From NCBI GenBank assembly GCA_951406725.2, contig OX597822.1:1302001-1366000 (forward strand): 64,000 bases of DNA, given 5' to 3'. This stretch comes from Octopus vulgaris. Lineage: Eukaryota. Within the stretch, counting starts at the first letter, position 1, and each line of letters opens with the position of its first letter. Both the position numbers and the translations under genes were made by a program. Shown here in pieces: positions 41,356 to 54,459 of this stretch. Below the pieces are notes generated by a model. The model made no database searches. It saw only the letters and a program-made list of their open reading frames with translations, and had not been told where the DNA came from.

Positions 41356-41491
41356 CGACGGGCTTCTTTCAGTTTCCGTCTACCAAATCCACTCACAAAG
41401 CTTTGGTCCGCCCGAGGTTATAGTCGAAGACATTTACCCGGTCTGCTGCGCGCTGGGACTGAACCCGGAGCCATGTGGTTGAGAAGCAAGC
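41113..41491 (-). mobile_element. tRNA-derived SINE family A
   Basis: Tail, body, internal (CA)n(TA)n and B-box region GGGACTGAACCCGGA are all present. Confidence 0.85.
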
Positions 41492-41724
41492 TGGGAAAGA
41501 ATCTAGGAACTTTTAGTAAAGGAACAGATCGGCTAATACGAACATCACAGATGCAATCTGTAATGAAGCAGTAAAGATTTGCAAGAATTACTCAAAGTCT
41601 GATATGTAAACGACTATTGCTGTTGTCGTCCGAATTTCCGTAATGGTGTTCTTGTTTATTTGCTACAAATCGATTCCATCCTGTTTGGATAAATACGAGT
41701 AAATATCTTTTCTACTACACGCAT

Positions 41725-41925
41725 ATGACCTGAAATTTTGTGAGGGGGGGGGGACCAGTTGATTTCATCGATTTCAGCGCTAAACTGGCAATTGTTTCAT
41801 CGACCTCAAAAAGATGATAGGCAAAGCCTACCTCAGCGGAATTTGAACACAGAACGTAAAGAGGACAAAATGCTGCTAAGCATTTTGTCCGGAGTGCTAA
41901 CACTTTTGCCAGCTCGTCGCCTTAC
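41725..41925 (-). mobile_element. SINE family C
   Basis: Homologous to 18745-19166. Confidence 0.75.
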
Positions 41926-42969
41926 GAATACTAGTAAATATAAGATGAAAATTAACGCCACACAGACAGACGCACGCACACATATCTTAGACAGTATGAA
42001 TATACATAAATACGCATGCGTTTATGCATCTCAATCTTTTCCTCTCCCTCCCTCTTTCTATTACTAACTTCATGTCTATACGTGTTTTTACGACCATGTC
42101 TTTTTTTCTCCTAATCGTCGGCTATAATAAAATAAATGAATTTATGGTAATTATATAATATAACCGTGAAAACTACATACACATTAAACACCAAAAAACC
42201 CTGTTCACATTAAAGTGAAATTTACACTCACATAGATATTATATGTGAGATTTCGTAGCCAAACACAAAGAAGATATATTTATAACATAACACATTTCAG
42301 ACAGTGATTTTATTCTAATATCATACAGCCATATTAATGGTATTTATTTTTTTCTTAATTTCAAATAAACTGGTAGATTCATTCATGCTATTAACATGAC
42401 AATCTGCTGTTCAAATCTATAATCAAATTTAATTTCATTCCCCGCAACTTTGATGATTAATATACCAAGGAAAGATAACTACTGAATGGTGATGAGGAAA
42501 GAAAGAACAAAAACAAAAAAATACGGCATTTAAATGTAAATTTTAATATCATGTTATTCTCTTTATCATATATATAAAAATGTTGTGATATCAATCTTTA
42601 CAATTAATTTAATAATTACAGTATGATATCAGCACTGTGAGATGTAATCGTTATTTGAGTTAAATACATATATGCATAGCAAAAGAGTAAGAACAAAAAA
42701 AATACACATATTCACACATACAAACAAACTCAAACACATATACACACATACGTACAGACAATTGTTTAATACACACTGTCTCATTTTCTCTTTGCCTCCC
42801 TGTATATAGCGATGGTACGTGCTTCTCTGTTTGTGAATATATATATACGTGCATATACTTAAGTGCGTGTCTACCAATTTACGAATTTATATATATGTGG
42901 AGTATCTGTATGTGTTTGCTTATGTATATATGTATATATATATGTATATATGTGTGCGCACTGATTTGT

Positions 42970-43013
<44 letters not shown>

Positions 43014-43315
43014 TTATGTAAATGAATATCTATCTATTTATCTATCAGTGTGTGAGTGTGGAAAAGAGCACTTGATAGTGAACGTGCGTGCAGGAATATG
43101 TACACGTGTGTGTACTTATAACCGACGTTTTAATCTCGGTTAATGTTATCATCTGGTCAATATTATCAAAGTCAGAGTGTGACAAATGCTGTTTCGCTTA
43201 ATTTTATTGTCCGTATTATATGAACGTTAATATTAACGGAAATGAAATTTAACCAAAATAATCTTGAGGAGTTCCTAATGTATTCACACAACACACACGC
43301 ACACACACATACACA

Positions 43316-43353
<38 letters not shown>

Positions 43354-43724
43354 CATCCACATTCACATCCACACATACACAGATATAGACTGATAGATAA
43401 ATAGGGAGATAAATAGATAGATAGATTAATTGATAGAAAGATAGATAGAAAGATAGATAGATAGAGAGATAGATAGAGAGATAGATAGATAGATAGGTAG
43501 ATAGATATTGATAGATAGAGAGATAGAGGTTCATATTCAAATACTTAGCATATATGCGTTTGTGCTTCTTTGCATAGATATCTATACACAAACGCACACA
43601 CATACACAAACACAGATGTTACATACGTACTATGTGCATATAAATGAATATTTAAAGCATATACATCTGTGTCTATATATACATGATTATATATAATATA
43701 ATATAATATATATATGAATCAGTA

Positions 43725-43769
<45 letters not shown>

Positions 43770-44036
43770 TTTATATGACGATACAGTGATATTCACACAA
43801 TGGCACACATGTAGGCAACCACATGTGCACATATAAGGCAGCATGAACTGTTATCTATAATATAGGAATAACCATATATACACTCTGTAATTGCATAGCC
43901 ATTATTTCAGCTTCACTTTATTCATCAAAATTATGAAATTGGATTCCAAGATATAATATGATATAATATAGTATAACATGGGAATTTACAAATACAAACA
44001 TGCATACATACACACTCACACATATATATATATGAA

Positions 44037-44082
<46 letters not shown>

Positions 44083-44083
44083 A

Positions 44084-44126
<43 letters not shown>

Positions 44127-44127
44127 A

Positions 44128-44158
<31 letters not shown>

Positions 44159-44467
44159 ACTTATTTATGGCCAAGCGTATATGTGTGTTTACGTGCGTGT
44201 GTGTGTGTGTGCATGTATATATGTCGCGTTGGGAAGCCAGCTCCATAATTGATATTTCGTTTGATAAATTGCCATATCAATTATATATGCTTAAATAAAT
44301 TGATTCATTAAGGCACACACACACGTATATATACATATAAGGAAAGCAGGGAGCTATCATTAGTATATAATTATGTGAAATGTATGCATATCTATTATAC
44401 ATACATGCATAAATACATACATATATACATACACACATACAACACATACACATGTATATATAATATA

Positions 44468-44597
<130 letters not shown>

Positions 44598-44686
44598 CAC
44601 AAACATACGTAGATGTAATTGCTTATTTGCGCGTGTAAATATTTCCTTTGAAAATTATGAAATCAATTAATAAATTGATACACACA

Positions 44687-44810
44687 TGCACACACATTCA
44701 TGCACACACATTCATGCACACACATTCATGCACACACATTCATGCACACACATTCATGCACACACATTCATGCACACACATTCATGCACACACATTCATG
44801 CACACATTCA
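44687..44810. repeat. 14-bp minisatellite (GCACACACATTCAT) x~8
   Basis: Directly visible. Confidence 0.9.
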
Positions 44811-44943
44811 CATATACACAGAGGCATGCAACCACAATATCAATTATAGCGTCCCCATAATCAGCTCTTTGTTCTTAAATGATAGATACATGCATATATA
44901 CACTCAGATGTGTGTATATGTGTGTGTGTGAGCGTATACGTGT

Positions 44944-44993
<50 letters not shown>

Positions 44994-45857
44994 TATGTTC
45001 ATATACACGTGCGTTACATATTTGTTCATTATATCTACATGTCGATGAATACTCTTGCATATTGATACACGCTCGGGAGAGTGCAATAATCATTTAATTT
45101 CATTTCATGTGTGTACGAGCGTGAGCACAGGAGTGTGTGTGTGTGTGTGTGTGTGTGTGTATCCCAGTATATCTATTCAGTAAGTGCATTTGTTTATGTA
45201 TGATTTTGTATTAATACACATGTTCGTATATTAATTTGAAAACCTTTGATATCAAATAATAGCCATCATCTACGCAAATGCATTTTCAATTCTCAAGTTT
45301 TTAAGCAAATTGAATTATTTAACGTTGACTAATGCAAGCGTGACTAAAATAAATGTCTGTATTACCGCCCTTTATTGAATGCTTGAAGAGATACGGCAGG
45401 CAGCCTATTGTAATTTTAATCGGATCAACGATGGAATGAATATTACAGCAATAAATATGTTACCGTATGTCTTCAGAGCATTGAAACCATCAATGCACTA
45501 CGTTTCTTCAGTGTCTACGTGGAACCATGAAACACTGGAATGTTGCAGAGGCCTGGCGTGGAACGAGCGCTTCTCGCGAAGAAGCATCATGCCCAGTTGA
45601 CATGGCATACGTGCATCCCAAGTAAATATCATTTGTGTGGGGGTTACTGCTTTTTTTTTACTATACCCCTGGTTTCAATCATTTGAATGCGGCCATACTG
45701 GAGCACCGCCTTAAAGTACGTATTCTATCGGTCTCTTTTGCCGAACTGTTAAGTTACAGGGATATAAACATATCAGCGTCGGTTGTCAAGCGATGGTAGG
45801 CGGACAAACATACACACACACACACATAAATAAATATTTATATATATGTGCGTGTGT

Positions 45858-46145
45858 GGAGGCACATGGCTTAGTGGTTAGAGCAGCGGACTCGCGGGTT
45901 CGAATCTCAGACCGGGCGATATGTGTGTATGAGCGAAACACCTAAGCTCCACGCGGCTCCGGCAGAAGGTAATGGCGAACCTCTGCTGACTCTTTCGCCA
46001 CAACTTTCTCTCACTCTTTCCTCCTGCATCTTGCAGCTCACCTGCGACGGACCGGCGTCCCGTCCAGGTGGGGAACCTATACACCAGGAAAACCGGGAAA
46101 CCGGCCCTATGAGCCAGGCGTGGCGCGAGAAGGAACAAACAACAA
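45858..46145 (+). mobile_element. tRNA-derived SINE with a V-SINE-like central motif, nested in the internal microsatellite of a family-A SINE (45670-46252)
   Basis: A box TGGCTTAGTGG, B box GGTTCGAATCT, CCTGCGACGGACCGGCGTCCCGTCCAGG (resembles the V-domain CCTGCGATGGACTGGC..GTCCAGGG), (AAC)n tail. Confidence 0.75.
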
Positions 46146-46878
46146 TATATATATATATATGACCGGCTTCTTTCAGTTTCCGTCTACCAAATCCACTGAC
46201 AAGTCCTTGGTCGACCCGAGGCTACAGTAGCAGATACTTTCCCGAGGTGCCAAGGATTCTAAGTCACGTGTTAATTCGCTTTATTTAAAAAAAAACTTGG
46301 GAAAAGATCGAATTCTTCTCATCATCCAAAGTGGCATACTAAGTTGGGCCAGTTGACATGGATTGCTATTTGAACTCGGGAGAAGGAAGTTGTCACTCCA
46401 TGCACGCAGGAGGGAATCCGGACAAATTTTTCCAGAGATACCAGGTCAGGGCAAGAATCATAACCCAAGACTAGAGAGAGATGGCTATATGCACATGGAT
46501 ATATGTATATATACATGTGCACATGTATGTATGTAAACGTGCGTGTGTATGTGAGTATATATGTGCGTGAGTGTGTGTAATATATGTAATATATGTGTGC
46601 GTGAGTCTGTGTGTATGTATGATTATATATGTATGTACATATTATTGTATTGTTTTTGTTTTACTTGTTTCAGTCATTTGAATGCAGCCATGCTGGAGCA
46701 CTGCCTTGAAATGTTTCAGTCGAACAAATCATTTCCAGGATTTACTCCTTCAGCCAAGTGCTTATTCTATCGGTGTATTTTGCCTAACCGCTAAGTTACG
46801 GGGATATAAACACACCAACACCGGTTGTCAAGCGGTAATAGGGGGCAAACGCAGACACAAAGACACACACACATATGG

Positions 46879-46913
<35 letters not shown>

Positions 46914-46923
46914 CATACATATA

Positions 46924-46987
<64 letters not shown>

Positions 46988-47098
46988 GAAATATACATAC
47001 ACACACTCTTTTACTCTTTTACGCAGTTTCAGTCATGCAGCCATGGTCATGCTGGATAACCACCAAAATCAAAATAAGTAGCAGAATGTCAATAGTAA

Positions 47099-47184
47099 TG
47101 CAGTACGACCGTTTCAAGCGGCTCATTTTAATTGACCAAGGTAATCGTTACATCAATTTATATAGAGCGCTATCTTCAGCAGCA
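47099..47184 (-). ncRNA. type-I hammerhead ribozyme with elongated stem II (left arm copy)
   Basis: Minus strand: TGCTG-CTGAAGA-TAGCGCTC...GAGCCGCTT-GAAA-CGGTCG-TA-CTGCA. Confidence 0.65.
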
Positions 47185-49101
47185 TAAATATGGATTTTCG
47201 ACGGACAAGATATATTAATATAAGTTTTCTTAAATATTTTAATAGAGTAAGAGGATGGAAGAATTCCATGTTGTCACTATTGTAGCAAGAATAGTTAAGA
47301 GAACAACATAACTACAATTTTTAGAGTGCTAAGCCCTGCCTAGTTAGTCTGACTTCATTCTATTTGGTGATAACACTTTTCTTTCCTTCTATGAATTTCT
47401 ACCCTATCAGTCACATTAAGTACATTTTTAATGATTTTGGGAGAGTAAGTCTCTCTTGACTAAATCTTATACCCCCTAAGAACTATACAATCAAAAATAG
47501 AATAGCACTCCTAATATTAAAATCATTTCGGTATGAATACCATAAACTGTCCTCATTATTTCCATACCTTTTACCCCTTTTTAGGTTTCCTTTATCTTTT
47601 CCTGCTTTTAATTTTAATGCCCCGTCTTTATATATATTTCTTATTATTTTCTATAAATTCTTATTATTTTGATTTCTTATTCTGGTATGTCTACCTTATT
47701 AGTCTCTTATCCTTTATGTTTTACCGTTATATTGTTAAAATTTGTATAGTATTGAATTTTCTATTTTGCCCTCCTATTTGCCTTCGCGTGTACGGGCATA
47801 GCATTCGATGAATCGTTGAGCACGTTGCATCTCCTCTCCGCACGCATGTAGGTTAAGATGTGGATCAATATGGTTCTTAAATTGATATTTTTCAGTTACA
47901 CCAAATAATTATACTACATTCTTTATATAAGCGTTTATATATGTATATATAAATATATATGTGTGTGTGTGTGTGTGTATACTTATATGTATATATATGT
48001 ATGTGTGTGTATATACTCATTCACTCTTTCATTTGACTGCGGCTATGCTGGAGCACCGCCTTTAGTCGAGCAAATCGATCCCAGGAGTTATTCTTTGTAA
48101 GCCTACTACTTATTCTAGCGGTCTCTTTTGCCGAACTGCTAAGTTACAGGGACGTAAACACACTAGCATCGGTTGTCAAGCGATGTAGAGGAGACAAACA
48201 GACACACAAATACACACACACACATATATATATACAAATACATATATACGACGGGCTTCTTTCAGTTTCCGTCGACCCAAGGCTATAGTAGAAGACACTT
48301 GCCCAAGGTGCCACGCACTGGGACTGAACCCGGAACTATGTGGTTGGTAAGCAAGCTACTTACCACACAGCCACTCCTGCGCCTATATATATATATTTAT
48401 ATATTCCATATGTAAGTGGTTTTAGTGGTCTTGATAGTGACCACCAAATAATTACTTAAGTAAAGAGGAAGTATTGATTTGATTCTACATTATAGTAGTC
48501 TTCTTTTAATGTTTAAATTGATTCGTAAATCCTTTTAGCTAACTTGGTTATGGTATGCCTTTCTAGAATTTAAAAGAAAAATGTTATCGTCATTTTTATA
48601 CAACATAATAATATTGTTTATAAACGTTCTCACACTGATCCCCTAATGTTTTCCTGGATCCCATTGTAGCATCCTAAGTTTCATAGTGTTTGCCCCTTTA
48701 ACTGGTAAGAGCATCATGAATTAGTGTCACTCCTAGATCCGCGCCTCCAAATCAAAACATTATTAGTTTCTTTTGCTTGTGGGTTGGGGGTACTTGTGAT
48801 AGAATGAAATTTATGACCAACAGCCAGCTATGAGCTGTCAACTCACTTTGCTCTTTATTCTAAATATACGAAGACTTCTAGTCTTAGATTTTTGTTGATA
48901 AGGAGATAGATAAATTGGAAATGAATTACAACCTATGAACCCCAATATGTTCCATGGCACTCTAAAAATTGTCGTTTTATTCATCACTTAGATATTCTTG
49001 CTACAATGGTGACAACATGAAATTCTTCCGTCCTCTTGCTCTGTTAAAATGTTTAAGAAAAATTATACTAATATATCTTGTCTGTTGCAAGTCGATATTT
49101 G

Positions 49102-49187
49102 TGCAGCTGAAGATAGCGCTCTATTTAAATTGATGCAATGAATGCATTGTTCAATTAAATGGAGCCGCTTGAAACGGTCGTACTGTA
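49102..49187 (+). ncRNA. type-I hammerhead ribozyme with elongated stem II (right arm copy)
   Basis: TGCAG-CTGAAGA-TAGCGCTCTATTTAAATTGATGCAATG-AATG-CATTGTTCAATTAAATGGAGCCGCTT-GAAA-CGGTCG-TA-CTGTA. Predicted GUA cleavage after 49182. Confidence 0.75.
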
Positions 49188-49304
49188 TTACTACTTGACA
49201 TTCTGTTACTTATTTTGATTTTATTCACACACACACATACACACATATACATATATACATCGATACATACATACATACATACATACATACATACATACGC
49301 ACAC

Positions 49305-49367
<63 letters not shown>

Positions 49368-49382
49368 TTTATATTATATATA

Positions 49383-49560
49383 TAGGGAGAGTTTACGAAA
49401 AAAACAAAAGACGAAGATAGGTGGTGTACAAAACAAACAGATGTATTAGTATAACGCTCAGGAATAGAAAAAGTCTTTTACGTTTCGAGCCTACGCTCTT
49501 CTACAGAAAGAGACACAGAAAAAAACAAGGAGAGAAACAAAGAGAGAAAAAATGTGTAGA
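49383..49560 (-). mobile_element. PLE terminal-repeat element family H1
   Basis: TAGGGAGAGTTTACGAAAAAAACAAAAGACGAAGA.AGGTGGTGTACAAAACAAACAGATGTATTAGTATAAC; abuts (TA)n. Confidence 0.7.
49475..49510 (-). ncRNA. minimal hammerhead-like motif with CUGUAGA variant core
   Basis: Minus strand: CTTT-CTGTAGA-A-GAGC(GTAG)GCTC-GAAA-CG-TA-AAAG. Stems I and II are perfectly paired. Confidence 0.65.
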
Positions 49561-50502
49561 GGCTAGTGAATATACAAACTTAAGAATGTATGTGTATGTA
49601 AGTGTCTGTGTGTTTGTGCGTTTGTCTTCTGATCACATGAATCTTACATTTTCTCTAGATTGATAAGGAAGCGTAAAGTTACATGGACACAAATTCATGC
49701 ACACACATCTATAGCAATATCTTTTATAAATGCATTAGGTCAACGCATACATACATATATGTGTGTGTGTGTGTACATATATTTGCATGTCTGCATATAA
49801 ATATGCGATAATAATAATGATTTGTATAAAGCAGAGAAATACACTATATATGTGTGTATGTACATGTCTATCTATCCATCCATGTATGTATGTATGTATG
49901 TATGTATGTATGTATGTATGTATGTATGTATGTATGTATGTATCTATCTATCTGTCTATCTATCTATCTATCTGTCATCTATACACACACATAAATGTAT
50001 GGGTGTAAGTGTGTGTATGTATATATATATGCCTCTGTCTGAGTACATGTGTATTCTTTTGTGCAAATATTTCTGTACATAGATGCAGTCACTCACCCAC
50101 ACACATCCATACAAACGCATACCTAAACACATAAACACAGGACTTAAACGTAATTCCTTCTCTACCATTCACGTAATTATTTCCTTGAAATTTCAAATCC
50201 CAAACATGTCATTTTTTAAGCCAACAGCTTAAACCATTTGTTTTTCTTCTAGATTCATTTGACATTCATTTTTCCCTCATTATTCTTTCATTTTCATCCA
50301 TTTGCCTTTCCATTCCAACCTTCTTCATATAAATCAGACACTCACTCACTCATACAAACGCACTATGTATATAAATGTATAGATTAATGGAATGTGTATT
50401 CCATTAATCCATACATTACTGATTTTCAATTCTTCAATTCATTTTCCCTATAAAATATTCAGTTATTCTCTCGCTTCGAACATCATTCATGTAATTATTA
50501 CG

Positions 50503-50634
<132 letters not shown>

Positions 50635-51239
50635 GGTGTGTGTGTGTGTGTGTGTGTGTGTACTATTACATACGTATGTTTGTGAGTATGTGTGTGTGTG
50701 TGTACATACCACAACGCACGCGCAGGTATATTTTAAATTCGAACTGAATACACCTACTCCTCATTCCTCTCTTATCAATCGAATCTCAAGATTTTGGTTA
50801 TTTCCCGCCACCTCCCCTCACCGCGCTGTCTATCTATCTGTCTGTCTGTCTCTCTCTCTCCCTCCCTCTCTCTCTCTCGTTATCTCTCTCTCGCATCTGA
50901 ATTCCAGATCTTTCGGGGATTCCTCACTCACACACAGAAATATCTCTTCCCATATCGACTATTCTTTTGCTCTTTCTCTCTTCTACATTATATATACATT
51001 ATACGCACACACACACACACATACACACACATATATACATATACATACATGCATGCATGAGTGTCTGTGTCTCCTTCATTATTTGCCAATTAATGAATAT
51101 GACCCTTGGGAACCCTTTCTCCTCTTTTGCATTTGAACTCTAAATATTGACAGAAGAAACTTCCTTCCATAATTAAATTGCAGTAATATTCCTGCCAACC
51201 AGACAACCAGACCACCATTTTGTTATGCCCACCATAACA

Positions 51240-51470
51240 GGACACCTTATTTCTCGTTGCTTCAGTCCGCTCCAGCTGTTAAAAATTAATCGTACCTGTA
51301 TTTCAAAGAGTCAGCTTCGTCACATTCCGTGTCACACTAGATCTCCCCGAGAACTATATTAAGAGTACACGTGTCTGTGAAGTGCCCAGCGACTAGCACG
51401 TTAATTTCACGAGCAAGCTGTTCCGTTGATCGGATCATCTAGAACCCACGTCGTAATTGAAGGAGTGCTA
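51240..51470 (+). mobile_element. SINE family B fragment
   Basis: Inverted homolog of 3275-3565. Confidence 0.7.
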
Positions 51471-51501
51471 GTTAGTTTGTATGTATGTATGTATGAATTA
51501 T

Positions 51502-52046
51502 GTCAGGTCACTTCGAGTGCTACTGGTAACACGTAACCCAGTACAACCTGTTGCATAGTCGGGTCGTCGGCGACTAAACCGGCAACCCCACCAAGCTTGC
51601 TTGGTGAGGAGGGAGTTTATTGGACACCCTGCGGGATGAAAAAGAAAACCCGTCAAATGGCAGGGAAACTCTTGAGAGTCAACGGCCATCCAATAAATAT
51701 CTTATGGCTGTATCATGCGCGGGGACATAGAAATAATCGGACTGAATACCCGATCGCGCGGTTAAACCATTGGGAGTGAAGGACTCCTAGCCTTTGTTAG
51801 GGCATCCTTCTAGAAGGTAACTCAGGTAACTGGGATAACTCCGACATAAAATCTGCGGCTCAGTGGTTACCGATGATGTTGACTTGTTCTTCTTTTTGGA
51901 TTATGGCTGCTGTTGCTTAGTGAGTGGGATTGACTCAGTGCACAGCCTTTCCTCACTTTAAAAAAATCTTGCACAGGCATTGCACGATAACAACATTGAT
52001 TAAGCTTCGTGCAATGGCCATACTCGATAACGAGGGAGCAGCCACC
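51502..52046 (+). mobile_element. RTE-derived non-autonomous retroposon, copy 2
   Basis: Homologous end to end to the reverse complement of 787-1312, with about 30 extra bp near 51630-51660. 3' hairpin TTGCACGA..TCGTGCAA; (ATGT)n on both flanks. Confidence 0.75.
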
Positions 52047-52799
52047 ATGTATGTATGCATCTATGCATCTATGTATGTGTGTGTGTGAGTATGTGTGTGT
52101 GTATGTGTATGTATGAGTGTGACTGTCCTGTTTCGATCAAAGGTAATATCGTTCCGTTGTCCTTGCAGAGAGTCAAGTGATTCCATCCAGAATTATTTCA
52201 AAGCCACAAGCTCATGCTCGCTTCCTCTTGAAGTTATTTCATATTTTACATCCCTACCCTAATACCAGAAGGATAAGGCATGAGGCAGTCCCACTCATGC
52301 AATTCATTCCTACCGAATTGATGATTGATAACATTATGTATTTAATAAGTCGCACTGTTGTTAAGAGATTATTATCGACTTACATTTCCATTCCGTTTCG
52401 CTATTTTACCCTTTGCCTGACCAAAGCATTTTCATGAATCTTTCCCTAAACATTTCTGCATGTTTTCAGATATTTTGCAAGCGCGTGCTTCATGCGTTTT
52501 GATTAATATAAAGCTTTCCTTTCGTATGTCCTAAGTTAATTTGAAAGTTTCAATAAATTAGAAATGTCCATCATATATGATACATGGACGCCGAGGAAAT
52601 AGGTCTGGTGCATCAGGGGAGATACACGAGACAAGCAAAGGCTCAATGGATGCGGGATGTCAGAATGAGATGTTGATGTTATTGTCATCTAATATTAAAG
52701 ATTTTTGAACCTCTATTTCATGTGTTCATATCATACCGAGTCAAATAAAGTACATCTCATACACTGGCGTTAATCACAAGGGGAGAGATTTACTCATTT

Positions 52800-53470
52800 C
52801 AAAAAATTACAAATATCAAATTTCCTTCTAAATAGAATCCTCTGACTTCAGCACACTTGTTGTAGCACTCCAGCCACTTTGCCGAAGCACCATGGAAGTC
52901 TTTCAAACTGAAGATGTTCAGGACCCTTGTCACAGCCGCCTTCATTTTCACCTTCAGCTTGGCGAAAAATCAAGTCACAGGAAGCAATGACTCGATTGCA
53001 GGAAGAGTGAAAAACAATTTTGATGCCCTTGTCTGTGAAGTAGTTTTGGTTTCTAGGATGGAATTGTGGACTGGTGTATTGATCTAGTGTAGGTGCTCTG
53101 ACCTTTAGCAACGAATCTTTTCCTCAACCCCCTCAAAACTTCCACAGAGTACTTTTGACTGTCTGCCCAGAGGGAACCCAGTGGATGTAGATGATACCTT
53201 TGCAGCCGTAAAAAGGTGTTATCTTGAGCCTCCTAGTCATCTTCCTTTATCTGGTCACTTGTGCCAGTAAAAAACAGATGTTCGGGTCATAAATGTGAAT
53301 ACCTAAGCGGCTTTGAGCATTTCATAAGTTTGTGGGGTGTTTTGGTCCAGTTTAACACAAAACTTCATTGCATAGTGAACTTCCAAATTGTCTTCACGTC
53401 CCGTCGACATTCTGCAAACTGTTTAGTTGAGGGTGTTCCAAGTGCTGTTACAACACTTATTTAAAAGACT
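52800..53470 (-). mobile_element. decayed mariner transposase relic (different family from 11580-12603)
   Basis: Minus-strand peptides KGIIYIHWVPSGQTV, NTPVHNSIL, NYFTDKGIKIVFHSSCNRVIASCD (cf. HPPYSPDLAPCD), MKAAVTRVLNIFSLKDFHGASAKWLECYNKC. Confidence 0.8.
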
Positions 53471-53496
53471 CATTTTTAAAGCTAAATACTTATTCA

Positions 53497-53623
53497 ATCG
53501 TTTTCTTTTGCCGACCCGTTAAATTACAGGGATGTAAACGCCAACACCGGTTGTCAAGCGGTGCTGGGATGGGGGGACAAACACAGACACAAAGACACAC
53601 ACACACACACATACACACATGTA

Positions 53624-53708
<85 letters not shown>

Positions 53709-53863
53709 ACGGTTCTTTCAGTTTCCGTCTACCAAATACACACACAAAGCTTTGGCCTGCCCGAAGCTGTAGTACGAGACACTTGCCCAACGTGTCATGC
53801 TGTAGGACTAAACCCGGAGCCATGGGGTTGGGAAGCAAGCGCCTTACCACGCACCCACGCCTG
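53497..53863 (-). mobile_element. SINE family A
   Basis: Same body and head as 41113-41491, with long internal (TA)n. Confidence 0.8.
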
Positions 53864-53864
53864 C

Positions 53865-53907
<43 letters not shown>

Positions 53908-53929
53908 AATTAACACAATACATGTGTTA

Positions 53930-53986
53930 TGTGCTGCTATTAGTTTCATATGTTGAGAAATTCCTCAAACATATTCATCAGGCACA
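53930..53986 (-). ncRNA. type-I hammerhead motif (left arm; GCA instead of GUA at the cleavage triplet)
   Basis: Minus strand: TGTGC-CTGATGA-ATATGTTTGAG(GAATTT)CTCAACATAT-GAAA-CTAATAG-CA-GCACA. Confidence 0.65.
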
Positions 53987-54021
53987 AATCACATATAACG
54001 AACTGAAAATGGTATGTGGTT

Positions 54022-54076
54022 TGTGTCTGATGATATGTTTGAGGTATTCCGCAGCATATGGAACTATTAGTAGCAC
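54022..54076 (+). ncRNA. type-I hammerhead motif (right arm; GGAA instead of GAAA)
   Basis: GTGT-CTGATGA-TATGTTTGAG(GTATTC)CGCAGCATAT-GGAA-CTATTAG-TA-GCAC. Confidence 0.55.
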
Positions 54077-54167
54077 GTAAAACATATATTGTGTCTATTA
54101 AATAATATTTATCACTCACCAGATGGAATACTTTTTTTGTTGATCATACCATCACGGAACAGTACAT

Positions 54168-54203
<36 letters not shown>

Positions 54204-54328
54204 ATTGTGCATAAAAAATGGATCTACAACTTCAATATCCCTACATATCTTGCATCTATTTTCTCTCCTCCACCTCACTATTTTTTGTCACATCTAAACT
54301 AACTATGACTTTACCATCCTCTCACATC

Positions 54329-54380
54329 GTCTCTGATGAAGGGATATAATTAATAAATATCCTGGAAACAGCTGTAAGAC
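54329..54380 (+). ncRNA. type-I hammerhead ribozyme (family H4) in a (TA)n-bounded PLE terminal repeat (~54201-54448)
   Basis: GTCT-CTGATGA-AGGGATAT(AATTAATAA)ATATCCTG-GAAA-CAGCTG-TA-AGAC. Palindromic stem III and GUA site; the stem II closing pair is A.G. Confidence 0.75.
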
Positions 54381-54459
54381 CTTCTATCTATGAATGTCCT
54401 AATATCTACACAGCCTTGGTTTTTTATCTCATTACGCAAAAAATTCTTATATATATGCA

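Larger units (their letters stand above)
47065..49222 (-). mobile_element. decayed Penelope-like element bounded by ~265-bp inverted terminal repeats (47065-47329 / 48957-49222), each with a hammerhead; a family-A SINE (48024-48384) is inserted inside
   Basis: Arms are clear reverse complements. Interior has only faint minus-strand RT-like traces (..ATMGS.., ..DDNIF..). Confidence 0.7.
53902..54172. mobile_element. PLE terminal-repeat foldback (family H3): 53902-53995 inverted against 54013-54105, in (TA)n
   Basis: About 93-bp imperfect inverted arms separated by about 17 bp; each arm has a hammerhead motif. Confidence 0.75.

Noticed and set aside
45858-45920. tRNA gene (A and B boxes present)
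   Set aside because: No complete cloverleaf, and it continues into SINE body and tail; the same applies to the other SINE heads.
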